DNA from: an uncultured Chloroflexia bacterium
GTDB lineage: Bacteria > Chloroflexota > Limnocylindria > Limnocylindrales > CSP1-4
Direction of reading: 5' to 3'
Assembly: GCA_963743795.1 (NCBI GenBank)
Contig: CAVUQZ010000003.1
Coordinates: 80,065-144,064 of the forward strand
DNA: 64,000 nt
The translations under genes were made by a program, and so were the position numbers. Shown here piece by piece: positions 1 through 9,983 of the stretch. Positions within the stretch are counted from its first letter, which is position 1. Each line of letters begins with the position of its first letter. A model generated the notes under the pieces. The model saw nothing but the letters and a program-made list of their open reading frames with translations. It made no database searches and was not told the DNA's origin.

Positions 1-472
1 CGACCTCGCAGCGATGCTGCCGCACCGCGCGGGCGCCGCGCCGATCGCCTGGGCCGACGCGCTCGTCGAACTCGGCGCCGCCGTTGCGGTCGTAACGGCC
101 GGAGCCGGCGGGCTGTACGTTCGGACCGCGTCGGGCGCTCGGATTCGGGCCGCGGCGCAGCCCCTTCGAGAGGCCCTTTCGGACTGGGTCGATCGCGAGC
201 TCTGGGCGCCGCCCTTCACGACCCGCATTCTCACGACGACCGGCGCGGGCGATGCCGCAGCCGCCGGGTTTGTGGCCGGCCTCGCCCTCGGCCGCGGCCC
301 GGAGGAGTCCGCGGTGCTCGCCGCGGCCGCAGCCGCGGCCCGCATCTCCGGCCACCCGGTCGGCGACGCTTACGACCTCGCGGTATCGGTCGAAACTGGA
401 CGAGAGCCGCAAGCCGGGTGGTCGCCTGGCCGCGGTGGCGTCCACCACGGACCGCGTGACAGGGAGGTTTGA
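1..472 (+). CDS. PfkB/ribokinase-family sugar kinase, C-terminal part (gene starts upstream of the window)
   Basis: The frame of ORF 14..472 is open to the window edge. It contains the PfkB signature region 'TTTGAGDAAAAGFVAGLALG'. Confidence 0.7.
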   Translation, partial: DLAAMLPHRAGAAPIAWADALVELGAAVAVVTAGAGGLYVRTASGARIRAAAQPLREALSDWVDRELWAPPFTTRILTTTGAGDAAAAGFVAGLALGRGPEESAVLAAAAAAARISGHPVGDAYDLAVSVETGREPQAGWSPGRGGVHHGPRDREV

Positions 473-475
473 TGA

Positions 476-1027
<552 letters not shown>

Positions 1028-1101
1028 TGTCCGCCAGGGTGCCGAAATGGCAGCGTGTGGACCGGAGCTGCCACGCGCCCGCAGCGTGGTAGCTTGACCA
1101 A

Positions 1102-1864
1102 GTGCCGACTCCGCGCCTGTACGTGACCGATGCCATCGTCCTGACCCGATTCGACTACGGCGAGGCGGATCGGATCATGACGCTCTTCACGCCGGCATAC
1201 GGCAAGCTCAAGGCGATCGCCAAGGGCGTGCGGCGGACGAAGAGCCGGCTGGGCGGCTCCCTGGAGCCGCTGGCCGAGCTGCGGGTGGCGCTCGCTCGCG
1301 GTCGAACCTTCGACGTCGTGACCCAGGTGCAGGTCAGCCACGCGTGGTTGCGTCTGCGCGACTCGCTCGAAGTCGACGGCCACGGCCTGGTACCTCGCCG
1401 AACTCGCGGATCGCTCTATGGAGGAGCGCCACGAGGCGGAGGGACTGTACGCCCTGCTGCGTCATGCGTACGAGCTCCTGGACGCCGGAATGGATGCGGG
1501 CCGGGTGGCTCGCTGGTACGAGATGCATCTTGCCGACGAGCTGGGTGTCCGGCCGGAGGTGGACCGCTGCGTGGAGTGCGACCGAATGCTCGAGGCCGAC
1601 GAGTCGTTCCGATGGGTCCCACCGCTGGGCGGCGTTCTGTGCTCGCGCTGCCCGGGACCGCCGGCCGATCGGGCCGGCCTGTCTCTCGAGGCGCTCAAGC
1701 TGCTGAAGGCGTACCAGCGCCTGGACGTCGAGGCGTTGGCAGGCCTGCGCCTCCCGGCCGGCGTAGAGGCCGAAGTGGAGCAGGCGATGCGCGACTTCCT
1801 ACGCGTCTCGCTCGAACGTGACGCCCGCTCGTTGCCATTCCTGGACGAGGTCCGCCGGACCTAG
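1102..1864 (+). CDS. recO: DNA repair protein RecO, reading frame broken around 1365-1385
   Basis: The N-terminal OB-fold part is in ORF 1102.. ('LYVTDAIVLTRFDYGEADRIMTLFTPAYGKLKAIAKGVRR'). The C-terminal zinc-finger part is in ORF ..1864, one frame over ('AWYLAELADRSMEERHE', 'CVECDR...LCSRC'). Confidence 0.8.
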
Positions 1865-1888
1865 GTCCGACGCGCTGAGCGACCCGGC

Positions 1889-2533
1889 CTATCGACGTCG
1901 CGGTGGGCGGCGCCCCCTGGGCGCCCGAGTGCGCGGTGAGCTCGCCGGTGCCGCGACCGGGTCGGGTCCCCCCCGGCGGAATTCGGCAAGCCGTTTGTTC
2001 ATCATGGCCTGGACGGCGGCTACCGACATTCTGGTGCCGTTGCCGAGATACAGATCGTTGCGGTGGACCCGGAGCAAGATGTCGTCGACTGGCGACAGCG
2101 CGTGCCGGTGGACGTAGTTCTGGGGATCGGCCAGCTGGACTCTCAGCATTCTCGGTTTGGCGGGGGGAGCCGCCGGGTCGCCGATGGTCGCGACCTCCTC
2201 CCAGCCAACCGGCCCGTTGCCGCGGGCGTACTCGAACCCGTCCCTGCCGACCACGAGCGCGATCGGCTGCCCAAGGCGACGGGTGGCGATGAAGGCCGCT
2301 CGAACGCTGTACAGGCTCAGGAATGCTCCGCCGGCAACCTCCGCCCATCCGAGCGCGGCACTCCCACCGTGGAGATCGCCCTGGCCCAGTAGCACGCCCA
2401 GGATGCCAAGGAAGAAGAACGCTACGTAGAGGAAGAGACTCGCCCTGGCCTGGCGGCGGTCGTCGTAAATCGATACCGCCGGACCCAGGACAGGGTGCTC
2501 CACGGGGGTCGAAGTCTCCTGGCCAGAGGCCAC
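1889..2533 (-). CDS. Hypothetical membrane protein (two TM helices plus a PH-like cytoplasmic domain)
   Basis: 214-aa ORF with a GTG start preceded by GAGGAG. Hydrophobic segments 'LFLYVAFFFLGILGVLLG' and 'GGAFLSLYSVRAAFIA'. Confidence 0.5.
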   Translation of the reverse strand: MASGQETSTPVEHPVLGPAVSIYDDRRQARASLFLYVAFFFLGILGVLLGQGDLHGGSAALGWAEVAGGAFLSLYSVRAAFIATRRLGQPIALVVGRDGFEYARGNGPVGWEEVATIGDPAAPPAKPRMLRVQLADPQNYVHRHALSPVDDILLRVHRNDLYLGNGTRMSVAAVQAMMNKRLAEFRRGGPDPVAAPASSPRTRAPRGRRPPRRR

Positions 2534-2640
2534 GGGCTCTCCTCTTCGTCAGCCGGCGCCGTCTCCTGTGCTGACTGACATGATGACGTCTCGAAGCTAT
2601 GCGCGCCGCGGCGCCCGCTCGTGCGAGAACTGCTGCCCGA

Positions 2641-2670
2641 ACGTTCGATCGCCGTCGACGTTCGATCGCC
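2641..2670. repeat. Direct repeat: 13 nt 'ACGTTCGATCGCC' twice, 4 nt apart
   Basis: Read directly: 2641-2653 and 2658-2670, inside a roughly 320-nt stretch (2534-2855) with no convincing ORF. Confidence 0.8.
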
Positions 2671-2855
2671 AGCAGTCCGACGAGCCGTTCTCCGTCGGGA
2701 TCTAGCGTTGAGGTCCTCGGAGATCGAAGCCCGGGCCCGGGTGGGGCGTTGCCGCCGCAGAGACTCGGCGCTGGACGCGCTGCGCGACTGCCGGATCGCC
2801 TCGCTCGAGCGAGACGATCGCTCGACTTTCTCGGTGAGGTCCGGCGGGGTTCAGT

Positions 2856-3473
2856 TCAGACTGCGGGCGCGGGTATCGCGGCCATCAGGAAGTGGCCGGT
2901 CTGATAGTCCACGACGACGAGTTCGCTGGTGGCCGGCCAGGGACATGGCGTCGGCGAAGCCGACTCAGTCCCCGTTGCCGCGGGTGGACACCAGTTGCGG
3001 CCCATGGGTCCGCCGAAGTTGCCCGTGACGACCAGGGACCATACCCACTCGTCGGGATTCGGCGCGTCAGAGACAACCTGGCCGTAACGTACGACGCGAG
3101 CGGAGATGACCGCCGATGGAACGGCGCCGATCCTCGCGTTCGCCATCGCATCGAGGGCCTGCTCAAGGGTGAGTCCGGCCGGCGGCGGGGCTTCGAGGGC
3201 GACGGCGGTTGGGCCGACCACAGACACCGCCGACGCGTCCGGCCCGAACGACTGGGCCGGAGACGCGAGCGGCGCGGTGCCGGCCTGGCTCGCGGACGGG
3301 GCGGGAGATGGGCCGGGCTTCTGGGCCAGGCCGTATCCGGCGCCGAGTCCGGTGAGGATGGCGAAGACCGCAACCAGCGGGATCACCGGCGGCACCGGCA
3401 GGCCGCGGCCGGCGGCCCGCGGCTTGATCGCGGTCCTGGTAAGAGGTTCGCTATCTTCGGTAAAGCGATCCAT
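2856..3473 (-). CDS. Hypothetical membrane-anchored protein (N-terminal TM, Pro/Ala/Ser linker, small globular domain)
   Basis: 205-aa ORF with an ATG start and GGAG upstream. TM segment 'VIPLVAVFAILTGLGAGYGL'. Confidence 0.5.
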   Translation of the reverse strand: MDRFTEDSEPLTRTAIKPRAAGRGLPVPPVIPLVAVFAILTGLGAGYGLAQKPGPSPAPSASQAGTAPLASPAQSFGPDASAVSVVGPTAVALEAPPPAGLTLEQALDAMANARIGAVPSAVISARVVRYGQVVSDAPNPDEWVWSLVVTGNFGGPMGRNWCPPAATGTESASPTPCPWPATSELVVVDYQTGHFLMAAIPAPAV

Positions 3474-3745
3474 GTGGTTCGCTCCGGCTGACGATCGCCG
3501 ATGACGCGACGCTCTTGGCCCAGCGTATCCTCGTTCGCGCTCGCCGTCGGTCCCAGGGCCCGCTCGTCCCGCCCGTCCGAACGGCCGCCGGGAGTCCTGT
3601 TGCCTCTACCGCGGTGACCGCTCTCGCCGCAGCACGTTCCCCGCGTCCCCTGGGCGTGCGAGAATTGCGGCCCAAGCCGCCCCAGAAGCCGATCGCAGAA
3701 GCTCCACCGCGTGCCAGCGGCCCGCCCCTGCCCGAGGAGACCAGA

Positions 3746-5158
3746 GTGACCGCCGCCAAGCCGAATTCCCCGGCCGACGATCCCGGACCAGCCGTAGCCA
3801 ATCTGGAAACGATCGTCTCGCTGTCCAAACGGCGCGGCTTCATCTTCCCGAGCTCGGAGATCTACGGCGGCATCAACGCCGTGTGGGACTACGGGCCACT
3901 GGGGGTTGAGCTCAAGAACAATGTCAAGCGGGCGTGGTGGCGGGCGATGGTCCAGGAACGCGACGACATCGTCGGCCTGGATGCAGGAATCATCATGGCG
4001 CCCCAGGTCTGGGTTACGTCGGGCCACGTAGCCAGCTTCAGCGACCCGCTCGTGGAGTGTCAGACGTGCGGCCGGCGCTATCGCCTCGACGAGCTGCCCG
4101 GCGCCGAGAACCTGACGAATACGGAGCTGGCCGACCCCACCGTGGTGGACCGTCTCGGGCTCAAGTGCCCCGCGGATGGCGGCCCGCTCTCGGCCCCGCG
4201 CCGCTTCAACCTGATGTTCAAGACTCATATGGGCCCGGTCGAGGAGGAGGGAAACGAAGTCTACCTGCGTCCCGAGACGGCTCAGGGCATCTACGTCAAC
4301 TTCCGCAACGTCCGCGAGACGAGCCGAAAGAAGCTGCCCTTCGGCATCGCCCAGATCGGCAAGGCCTTCCGCAACGAGATCAGCCCGGGCAACTTCGTCT
4401 TCCGAATGCGCGAGTTCGAGCAGATGGAGATGCAGTACTTCGTCAAACCGGAGACGGCGGCCGCCACGTTCGAGGAGTGGATGCCGCGCCGGAGAGCCTG
4501 GTACGAGCGGTACGGCGTAACGCCGGCCCGGCTGCGCTTCCGCGAGCACCGGCCGGACGAGCTGGCCCACTACGCCAAGAAGGCCGTCGATATCGAGTAT
4601 CGCTTCCCGTTCGGCTGGAAGGAGCTCGAGGGGATCCACAACCGCGGCGACTGGGACCTGGGCCGGCACCAGCAGGCCACCGGCGAGAACCTCGAGTACT
4701 TCGACCCGGCGACCGAGGAGCGTTACGTGCCCTGGATCGTCGAGACTTCGGCCGGCGGCGACCGCGCGGCCTTCACGTTCCTCATCGACGCGTACCGTGA
4801 GGAAGAGGTCCGCGGAGAGAAACGCGTCGTCCTCGGGTTCAATCCGGATCTGGCGCCGTACAAGGTGGCGGTCCTGCCGCTGCTGAAGAAGCGGGACGAG
4901 ATCGTGGACCTGTGCCACAAGCTCCGCGACGACCTGGCCAAGGATCTGCTCGCCGTCTACGACGACACGGCGGCGATCGGCAAGCTGTACCGTCGCCAGG
5001 ACGAGATCGGCACCCCGTGGTGCGTCACCATCGACGTCGACTCGCTCGAAGACGGCAAGGCCACCATCCGTGACCGCGACTCGATGGAGCAGATCAGGGT
5101 GGACGTCTCGCAGGTGAAGCCGATCGTTCTCGAGCGGCTGGCCGGGGCGCGAGGATAA
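3746..5158 (+). CDS. glyQS: Glycine--tRNA ligase (dimeric class II GlyQS type)
   Basis: 'LETIVSLSKRRGFIFPSSEIYGGINAVWDYGPLGVELKNNVKRAWW' and class II motifs. The ORF is open from 3515, but GTG 3746 with GAGGAGA 6 nt upstream fits the usual N-terminus. Confidence 0.9.
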   Translation: MTAAKPNSPADDPGPAVANLETIVSLSKRRGFIFPSSEIYGGINAVWDYGPLGVELKNNVKRAWWRAMVQERDDIVGLDAGIIMAPQVWVTSGHVASFSDPLVECQTCGRRYRLDELPGAENLTNTELADPTVVDRLGLKCPADGGPLSAPRRFNLMFKTHMGPVEEEGNEVYLRPETAQGIYVNFRNVRETSRKKLPFGIAQIGKAFRNEISPGNFVFRMREFEQMEMQYFVKPETAAATFEEWMPRRRAWYERYGVTPARLRFREHRPDELAHYAKKAVDIEYRFPFGWKELEGIHNRGDWDLGRHQQATGENLEYFDPATEERYVPWIVETSAGGDRAAFTFLIDAYREEEVRGEKRVVLGFNPDLAPYKVAVLPLLKKRDEIVDLCHKLRDDLAKDLLAVYDDTAAIGKLYRRQDEIGTPWCVTIDVDSLEDGKATIRDRDSMEQIRVDVSQVKPIVLERLAGARG

Positions 5159-5194
5159 GGGCCGGAGCACTCATGGAGAGTCGAGCGCAGGTGG

Positions 5195-6394
5195 TTGCGG
5201 AGGGCGGGCGCTCGGAGTCACGGGATGCCGTGTCCGAGCGCGGCGGCGTACCACGCGGCGCGAACCTCGGTCTGGCCCTTCCGCACGAAACTTGGGCCGC
5301 TCTCGCTCTCGCCGAAGCGAGTCCGCCTTGCGTGGTTTGCGCTGGCGGTGATCGGCCTCCTTCCGATCCTCTCCGCTCCGAGCAACGGGTGGGCCGATTG
5401 GCCGTCGTTCTGGTCGGCGGGAGGAACGGTTGGGACCTCGAGTCTCATGGACTCACACCTCCATATGGCCTGGCAGACGGCCCGTGGCCTCCTTGGAGAC
5501 CCGTGGCGCTATCCGCCTGCTTTTGCGTACGTGTACTGGCCCGCCTCGTTTCTCCCTATCGGCGTCAGCTTTGCGGTCAACGCGATGGTGATGCTGGCGC
5601 TGGTGGCGCTGACTGGTTGGCTGCTTTCCAGGATCTTCGATCTGCCGGAGAACATGATGGTCCGGCTGGCTTTTGCCTGGACGCCCGTCCTGGCGGCTGT
5701 CGACATGGGCCAGAACGCTCCGCTATCCGTCGTCTTGGCACTTTGGGCGATCGACGCGTTGCGTCGGGACAGCGATATGGAGGCCGGCCTGGCGGCCGGC
5801 CTGCTGATGTACAAGCCTTCGCTGGGCGTTCCCTTGCTGTGCTTCCTCCTGCTCCGACGGCGCTGGCGATCGGCGTCCGTAGCGTCACTGGTCACTGCGG
5901 CGGGCTATCTCCTGAGCGTCGGCGCAACGGCAGGCGATTGGCTTTGGCCGGTGGCCTGGTGGAACGGCATGCAGCCCCTGCTCGCCGCCGACCTTGCGTT
6001 CAACGCGGACAAGGCCATCAGCATCCCAGGGTTGCTCGGCCGAGTTCAGGGCCTGCCGTACTGGCTTCCCTACGCCTGCGGCGGCGTCATCGTGCTGGCC
6101 GCATTGCGCGGGCTGGCTCGTGCTCCGCTAGTCGAGGCCGCAAGTGCGGCGTGCCTTGTCGGACTGGTCGCAGGGCCCCGCGTATGGAGCTACGAGGCGG
6201 GCCTGCTGCTGCCGATACTGGCGTGGGCCGTCGCAGGCGGTCTCGCCGAGCCGTGGCGAACGCGCCTCGTCTTCCTGGCGGTGCTGGGAGCCATCCTCTG
6301 GATGGTCTCGCCCGTCACCGTCGTGAGCGGCGTCGCCGTAGTCGCCGGCGCAGCGATGATCCTCTGGTTGCGGCGATGGCCGCCATTCCGTTGA
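5195..6394 (+). CDS. Polytopic membrane glycosyltransferase-like protein (DUF2029/GT87-like)
   Basis: 399 aa with many TM helices. Motifs 'WRYPPAFAYVYWP' and 'LLMYKPSLGVPLLCFLLL' resemble GT87/DUF2029 proteins. The start may be M11 (5225). Confidence 0.55.
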   Translation: MRRAGARSHGMPCPSAAAYHAARTSVWPFRTKLGPLSLSPKRVRLAWFALAVIGLLPILSAPSNGWADWPSFWSAGGTVGTSSLMDSHLHMAWQTARGLLGDPWRYPPAFAYVYWPASFLPIGVSFAVNAMVMLALVALTGWLLSRIFDLPENMMVRLAFAWTPVLAAVDMGQNAPLSVVLALWAIDALRRDSDMEAGLAAGLLMYKPSLGVPLLCFLLLRRRWRSASVASLVTAAGYLLSVGATAGDWLWPVAWWNGMQPLLAADLAFNADKAISIPGLLGRVQGLPYWLPYACGGVIVLAALRGLARAPLVEAASAACLVGLVAGPRVWSYEAGLLLPILAWAVAGGLAEPWRTRLVFLAVLGAILWMVSPVTVVSGVAVVAGAAMILWLRRWPPFR

Positions 6395-6674
6395 GCCGAC
6401 CGGGCCGCGTGGCCACAGGACCGGTCTGAGCGCCGCGCGTCGAGCCAGGCGCGACCCCGTCCAGGCGGTCGTTGCCGAGTGTCGGTCGCGTCCCGGGCAG
6501 GCTGACATGGAGGCCGCCGCAGGCGCTGGTCGCCGGAGCAGCCTGAGGGCACCTGATCCGCGGACCACTCCGCACGGTGGGTAGAATGGCCTCGCGCGAC
6601 GGGCGCGAGCGGGATGTCGTTGGTCCGCCCGGTCGTCGGTGCTCGTTTGTCCCGTCGCGAAGGAGGGCGCCGGC

Positions 6675-7442
6675 ATGAGCGAGGTACTGTTCTGTCCCAA
6701 CTGCGGATCTCGACAGGGTGCGCAGGCCCGGTTCTGTTTCGCCTGCGGCCAGGACCTGATGTCGTCAGTCCCCGCAGGGACAGTCGAGCCTGATCAGCCG
6801 GCCGCACCGCCGCCACCGCCGGTAGCGCCCTCGCCGGCACCGGTCGCACCGCCGTTAGTGGCTCCGGTCGCGCCGCCCGTGACAGCCGCTGCACCAAACC
6901 TGCCTGCTGCGCCGGTCGCTCCGCCCGCATGGTCCATTCCCAAGGACGAGCCGCAATTCGGCCAGGCCGGTGCCTACGGGGTTCCGGCGGCCGGCGGTCA
7001 TTTTGCCGTCCAGCCCGGCGTGGGAGCGACGCGGCCGACGGGGATAGCCGTCCTGGCGATCCTGGAGATCGCGGGCGGCGTACTGGGGCTCTGGGCCGCG
7101 AAGGTACTCTTCGATGTCGCCGACTTTCGCAACTACTGGTACGCGGACGGCGGGAGCTACCAGTTCCTGGGACTGGCGTCCGCCGCCGGCGCGATCGCGG
7201 CCTTCGTTCTGGCCTGGGGACTGTGGTCTGTTCGCCCGTGGGCGTGGATGCTCGGTTGCGCCCTGTGCATAGTGACCGCGGCGTTCGCCGTTCTCGGCCT
7301 GGTCGGCGGCGGGAACGCAGCCTCTTCGGTCATCAACATCGGAGTCAGCGCGGCCGTTCTGTACTACCTGAACACGAACGGCGTTCGAGCACTCTTCGGC
7401 CGGCCGCCGACGACCTTCATGCAGCTCCAGAGCCCGCACTGA
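6675..7442 (+). CDS. Zinc-ribbon protein with Pro/Ala-rich linker and C-terminal multi-TM domain
   Basis: 'MSEVLFCPNCGSRQGAQARFCFACGQDL' (CxxC..CxxC), then a PPPPPVAPSPAPVAPP linker, then four hydrophobic helices. Confidence 0.65.
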   Translation: MSEVLFCPNCGSRQGAQARFCFACGQDLMSSVPAGTVEPDQPAAPPPPPVAPSPAPVAPPLVAPVAPPVTAAAPNLPAAPVAPPAWSIPKDEPQFGQAGAYGVPAAGGHFAVQPGVGATRPTGIAVLAILEIAGGVLGLWAAKVLFDVADFRNYWYADGGSYQFLGLASAAGAIAAFVLAWGLWSVRPWAWMLGCALCIVTAAFAVLGLVGGGNAASSVINIGVSAAVLYYLNTNGVRALFGRPPTTFMQLQSPH

Positions 7443-7489
7443 CGAAGGCCGGACCCGCCCTGGGTGATTTGCTTGGGGAGCCGCCCAGC

Positions 7490-8992
7490 TCAGTGAGCCA
7501 GGGCCGCCTCTGACTTCGCCGCCTCGGCGTCCGGGGCTGTGAGCTGGCCGCGCAGGTAGCGGTCTATGTTGGCCGCCGCCTTCTTGCCGTCGCCCATGGC
7601 CAGGATGACCGTGGCCGCGCCGCGGACGATGTCGCCGCCGGCGAAGACCCCGTCCATCGAGGTCTGGAGGTTGTCGTCGATCTCGATGTAGCCCCACTTG
7701 TTGATCCGCAGGTCAGGTGAGGTGGAGGTCAGGAGCGGGTTGGACCTGGTCCCGATCGCAACGACGACCATCTCGCACGGGAAGACGAACTCGGACCCGG
7801 GGATCTCGACGGGGCGGCGGCGGCCGGAGGCGTCGGGCTCGCCGAGCTCCATGCGGATGCACCGCAGTCCCGAAACCCAGCCCTTCTCGTCGCCCAGGAC
7901 TTCCACCGGCGCGGTCAGGAACTCGAAGCGGACGCCTTCCTGCTCGGCGTGGTGGACCTCCTCGATCCGGGCGGGAAGCTCGGTCCGGGAGCGGCGGTAG
8001 ACGCACACCGATTCATCGGCCCCGAGGCGGCGGGCCGTCCGAACCGAGTCCATGGCCACGTTGCCACCGCCGACGACAGCGACGCGCCTGCCGTGGAGCA
8101 CGGGCGTGTCGGAGTCGGAGCTGTAGGCGCCCATGAGATTGACCCGGGTCAGGTACTCGTTGGCGGAGTAGACGCCCTTGAGGTTCTCGCCCGGGACGTT
8201 CATGAAGACGGGCAGGCCCGCGCCAACGGCCACGAAGACGGCATCGAACCTCTCGCGCAGCTCAGGCAGCGTGTAGGTCTTGCCGATGATCGAGTTGGGC
8301 TCGATCTCGACGCCGTCCGCGACGAGCCGGTCCACCTCTTTCTGGACGATGTCCTTGGGCAGCCGGAACTCCGGGATGCCGTAGATGAGGACGCCGCCGG
8401 CGGCGTGAAAGGCCTCGAAGATCGTGACGGCATGGCCGCGCTTGACCAGCTCGCCGGCCGCTGTCAGGCCGGCCGGGCCCGAACCGACGATCGCCACCGA
8501 CTTACCCGAAGGCGCGGGCCGGGCATGGCCGAAGACGTCCCGATGCTCGATTGCCCAGTCGGCGACGAAGCGCTCGAGGTAGCCGATCGCGACGGGCGTC
8601 CCGGTCTTGGCACGCAGGCAGACCAGCTCGCACTGAGTCTCCTGTGGGCAGACCCTGCCGGTGACGCACGGTAGCGCGTTGTCGCCGAGCAGCGAGTCGG
8701 CGGCGCCCTTGACGTTCCCTTCGCCGAGCAGGCGGATGAAGTTCGGTATGTTCACCGCAACGGGGCAGCCGTCGATGCAGTATGGCTTGGGGCACTGCAG
8801 GCAGCGGTCGGCCTCGAGGATCGCAAGCTGCTCGGTGTAGCCGAGGTTCACCTCGGCGAAGTTGCGCGCCCGAACCATGGCGTCCTGCTCGGGCATGGCG
8901 CCCCGCAGCAGCTTCATCCGCTCCTTCTTGGGGAGCGGCTCACGCCCCGAGGCGGCGCGGCCGTCCAGGGTCAGGTCGGACGGGTCGCTCAT
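7490..8992 (-). CDS. GltD-like NADPH-dependent oxidoreductase large subunit (NfnB/SudA type: two [4Fe-4S] plus FAD/NAD(P))
   Basis: 'CLQCPKPYCIDGCPVAVNIPNF', 'VAIVGSGPAGLTAAGEL', 'VAVVGGGNVAMD' and 'VFAGGDIVRGAATV'. The ATG at 8992 overlaps the upstream gene's TGA (ATGA). Confidence 0.85.
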   Translation of the reverse strand: MSDPSDLTLDGRAASGREPLPKKERMKLLRGAMPEQDAMVRARNFAEVNLGYTEQLAILEADRCLQCPKPYCIDGCPVAVNIPNFIRLLGEGNVKGAADSLLGDNALPCVTGRVCPQETQCELVCLRAKTGTPVAIGYLERFVADWAIEHRDVFGHARPAPSGKSVAIVGSGPAGLTAAGELVKRGHAVTIFEAFHAAGGVLIYGIPEFRLPKDIVQKEVDRLVADGVEIEPNSIIGKTYTLPELRERFDAVFVAVGAGLPVFMNVPGENLKGVYSANEYLTRVNLMGAYSSDSDTPVLHGRRVAVVGGGNVAMDSVRTARRLGADESVCVYRRSRTELPARIEEVHHAEQEGVRFEFLTAPVEVLGDEKGWVSGLRCIRMELGEPDASGRRRPVEIPGSEFVFPCEMVVVAIGTRSNPLLTSTSPDLRINKWGYIEIDDNLQTSMDGVFAGGDIVRGAATVILAMGDGKKAAANIDRYLRGQLTAPDAEAAKSEAALAH

Positions 8993-9826
8993 GCGTGGGC
9001 CTCCGCGTGCGAGGCCTGCCATCGCTCCAGGGCGGCCTGTTCGAACTCTCGGTAGGTGTTGAGTCGATCGGCGAGCAGGCGGAAGTCCACCTTGTGGCCG
9101 TCGAACTCGGGGCCGTCGCAGCAGGCATACTCGGTCTTGCCGTCGATCGAGACGCGGCAGCCGCCGCACATGCCCGTGCCGTCGATCATGATCGAGTTCA
9201 GCGAAACGGTGGTCTTGACGCCGTACGGGCGGGTCAGCTCGGAGCAGGCCCGCATCATCGGCACAGGGCCGACGGCGAATACCTCGTCGATCCCTCCGGC
9301 CTCGCACAGGTCCTTCAGTGCTTCGGTCACGAAGCCCTGGCCGGCCGTAGCTGCCGTCGTCGGTGCAGACGACCACGTCGCCCGTCGCGCGCAACTCGTC
9401 CTCGTAGATGACCCATTCCTTCGAGCGGCCACCGATGACGCTGGTGACTTTCACGCCACGCTTTGCGAGGGCCTGGGCAATCGGATAGACGACGGCCGTG
9501 CCAACGCCGCCGCCGACGCAAACGGCGTGGCCGCTCTCGAGCAGCTCGGTAGGCTTGCCGAGCGGTCCGGCGATGTCAGTGATGGCGTCGCCCACCTCCA
9601 GGGCGGTCAGATCGTGGGTGCTCTTGCCGATCGCCTGGATGACCAGGCTGATGGTGCCGGCGGCCCGATCGACGTCGGCGATGGTCAGCGGGATGCGCTC
9701 CGCCCCGGGTCCGCGCCGAACGATCACGAACTGTCCGGGCTGGCGGATCTCGGCGATCCGAGGGGCCTGGACGACGAGGCGGGTTACGTTCGGCGACAGC
9801 TGCGTCTTGCTGACTATGGGGTGCAT
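8989..9826 (-). CDS. Ferredoxin-NADP reductase-like small subunit (NfnA/SudB type: FAD plus [2Fe-2S]), frame broken around 9338-9346
   Basis: The N-terminal part 'QFVIVRRGPGAERIPLTIADVD..VGGGVGTAVVYPIAQAL' is in the 7490..9826 frame. The C-terminal part 'GFVTEALKDL..MIDGTGMCGGCRV' is in ORF 8989..9432. The junction lies in 'CTGGCCGGCC'. Confidence 0.75.
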
Positions 9827-9983
9827 GTCACTCCGCTGGCGTGGATCGACCTAATGTATGGTAAGCCACTATGCATTACTGCCAATAGTGCCCGTCGAGA
9901 AGGTCCCCGACACGCCCGGTCTGGACCCTGGCGTGGGGCCGAAGGTCACATCCTGGACCCTCGAAGGGGTGGTAGGACCTCGC

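Noticed and set aside
3474-3745. Possible glycine T-box leader upstream of glyQS, the classic T-box-regulated gene. 'CUCUACCGCGGUGACC' partly resembles the T-box core 'GGUGGUACCGCG'.
   Set aside because: Only about 7 nt match. I could not find a specifier loop with GGC, an AG bulge or distal loop motifs, a UGGN bulge, or a terminator or SD-sequestering helix. The region is also a divergent promoter spacer.
3383-5170. Long antisense ORFs opposite clear genes: 3383..5170(-), 11734..12957(-), 15476..16855(-), 42263..44083(-), 44164..46053(-), 49340..50728(-), 53813..55219(-), 55351..56328(-), and the many Arg/Pro/Gly-rich ORFs elsewhere.
   Set aside because: Their translations are low-complexity and Arg/Gly/Pro/Asp-rich with no motifs. 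Each lies antisense or out of frame to a gene with unmistakable conserved motifs. This is the typical stop-codon-poor shadow-ORF effect of high-GC DNA.
7490-9826. The 778-aa ORF could be read as a natural fusion of the FNR-like and GltD-like subunits.
   Set aside because: The middle roughly 120 aa are Arg-rich nonsense. The genuine C-terminus of the small subunit ('GFVTEALKDL...CGGCRV') is in another frame (8989..9432) and ends in an ATGA overlap with a proper start for the large subunit. So this is two genes plus one indel.
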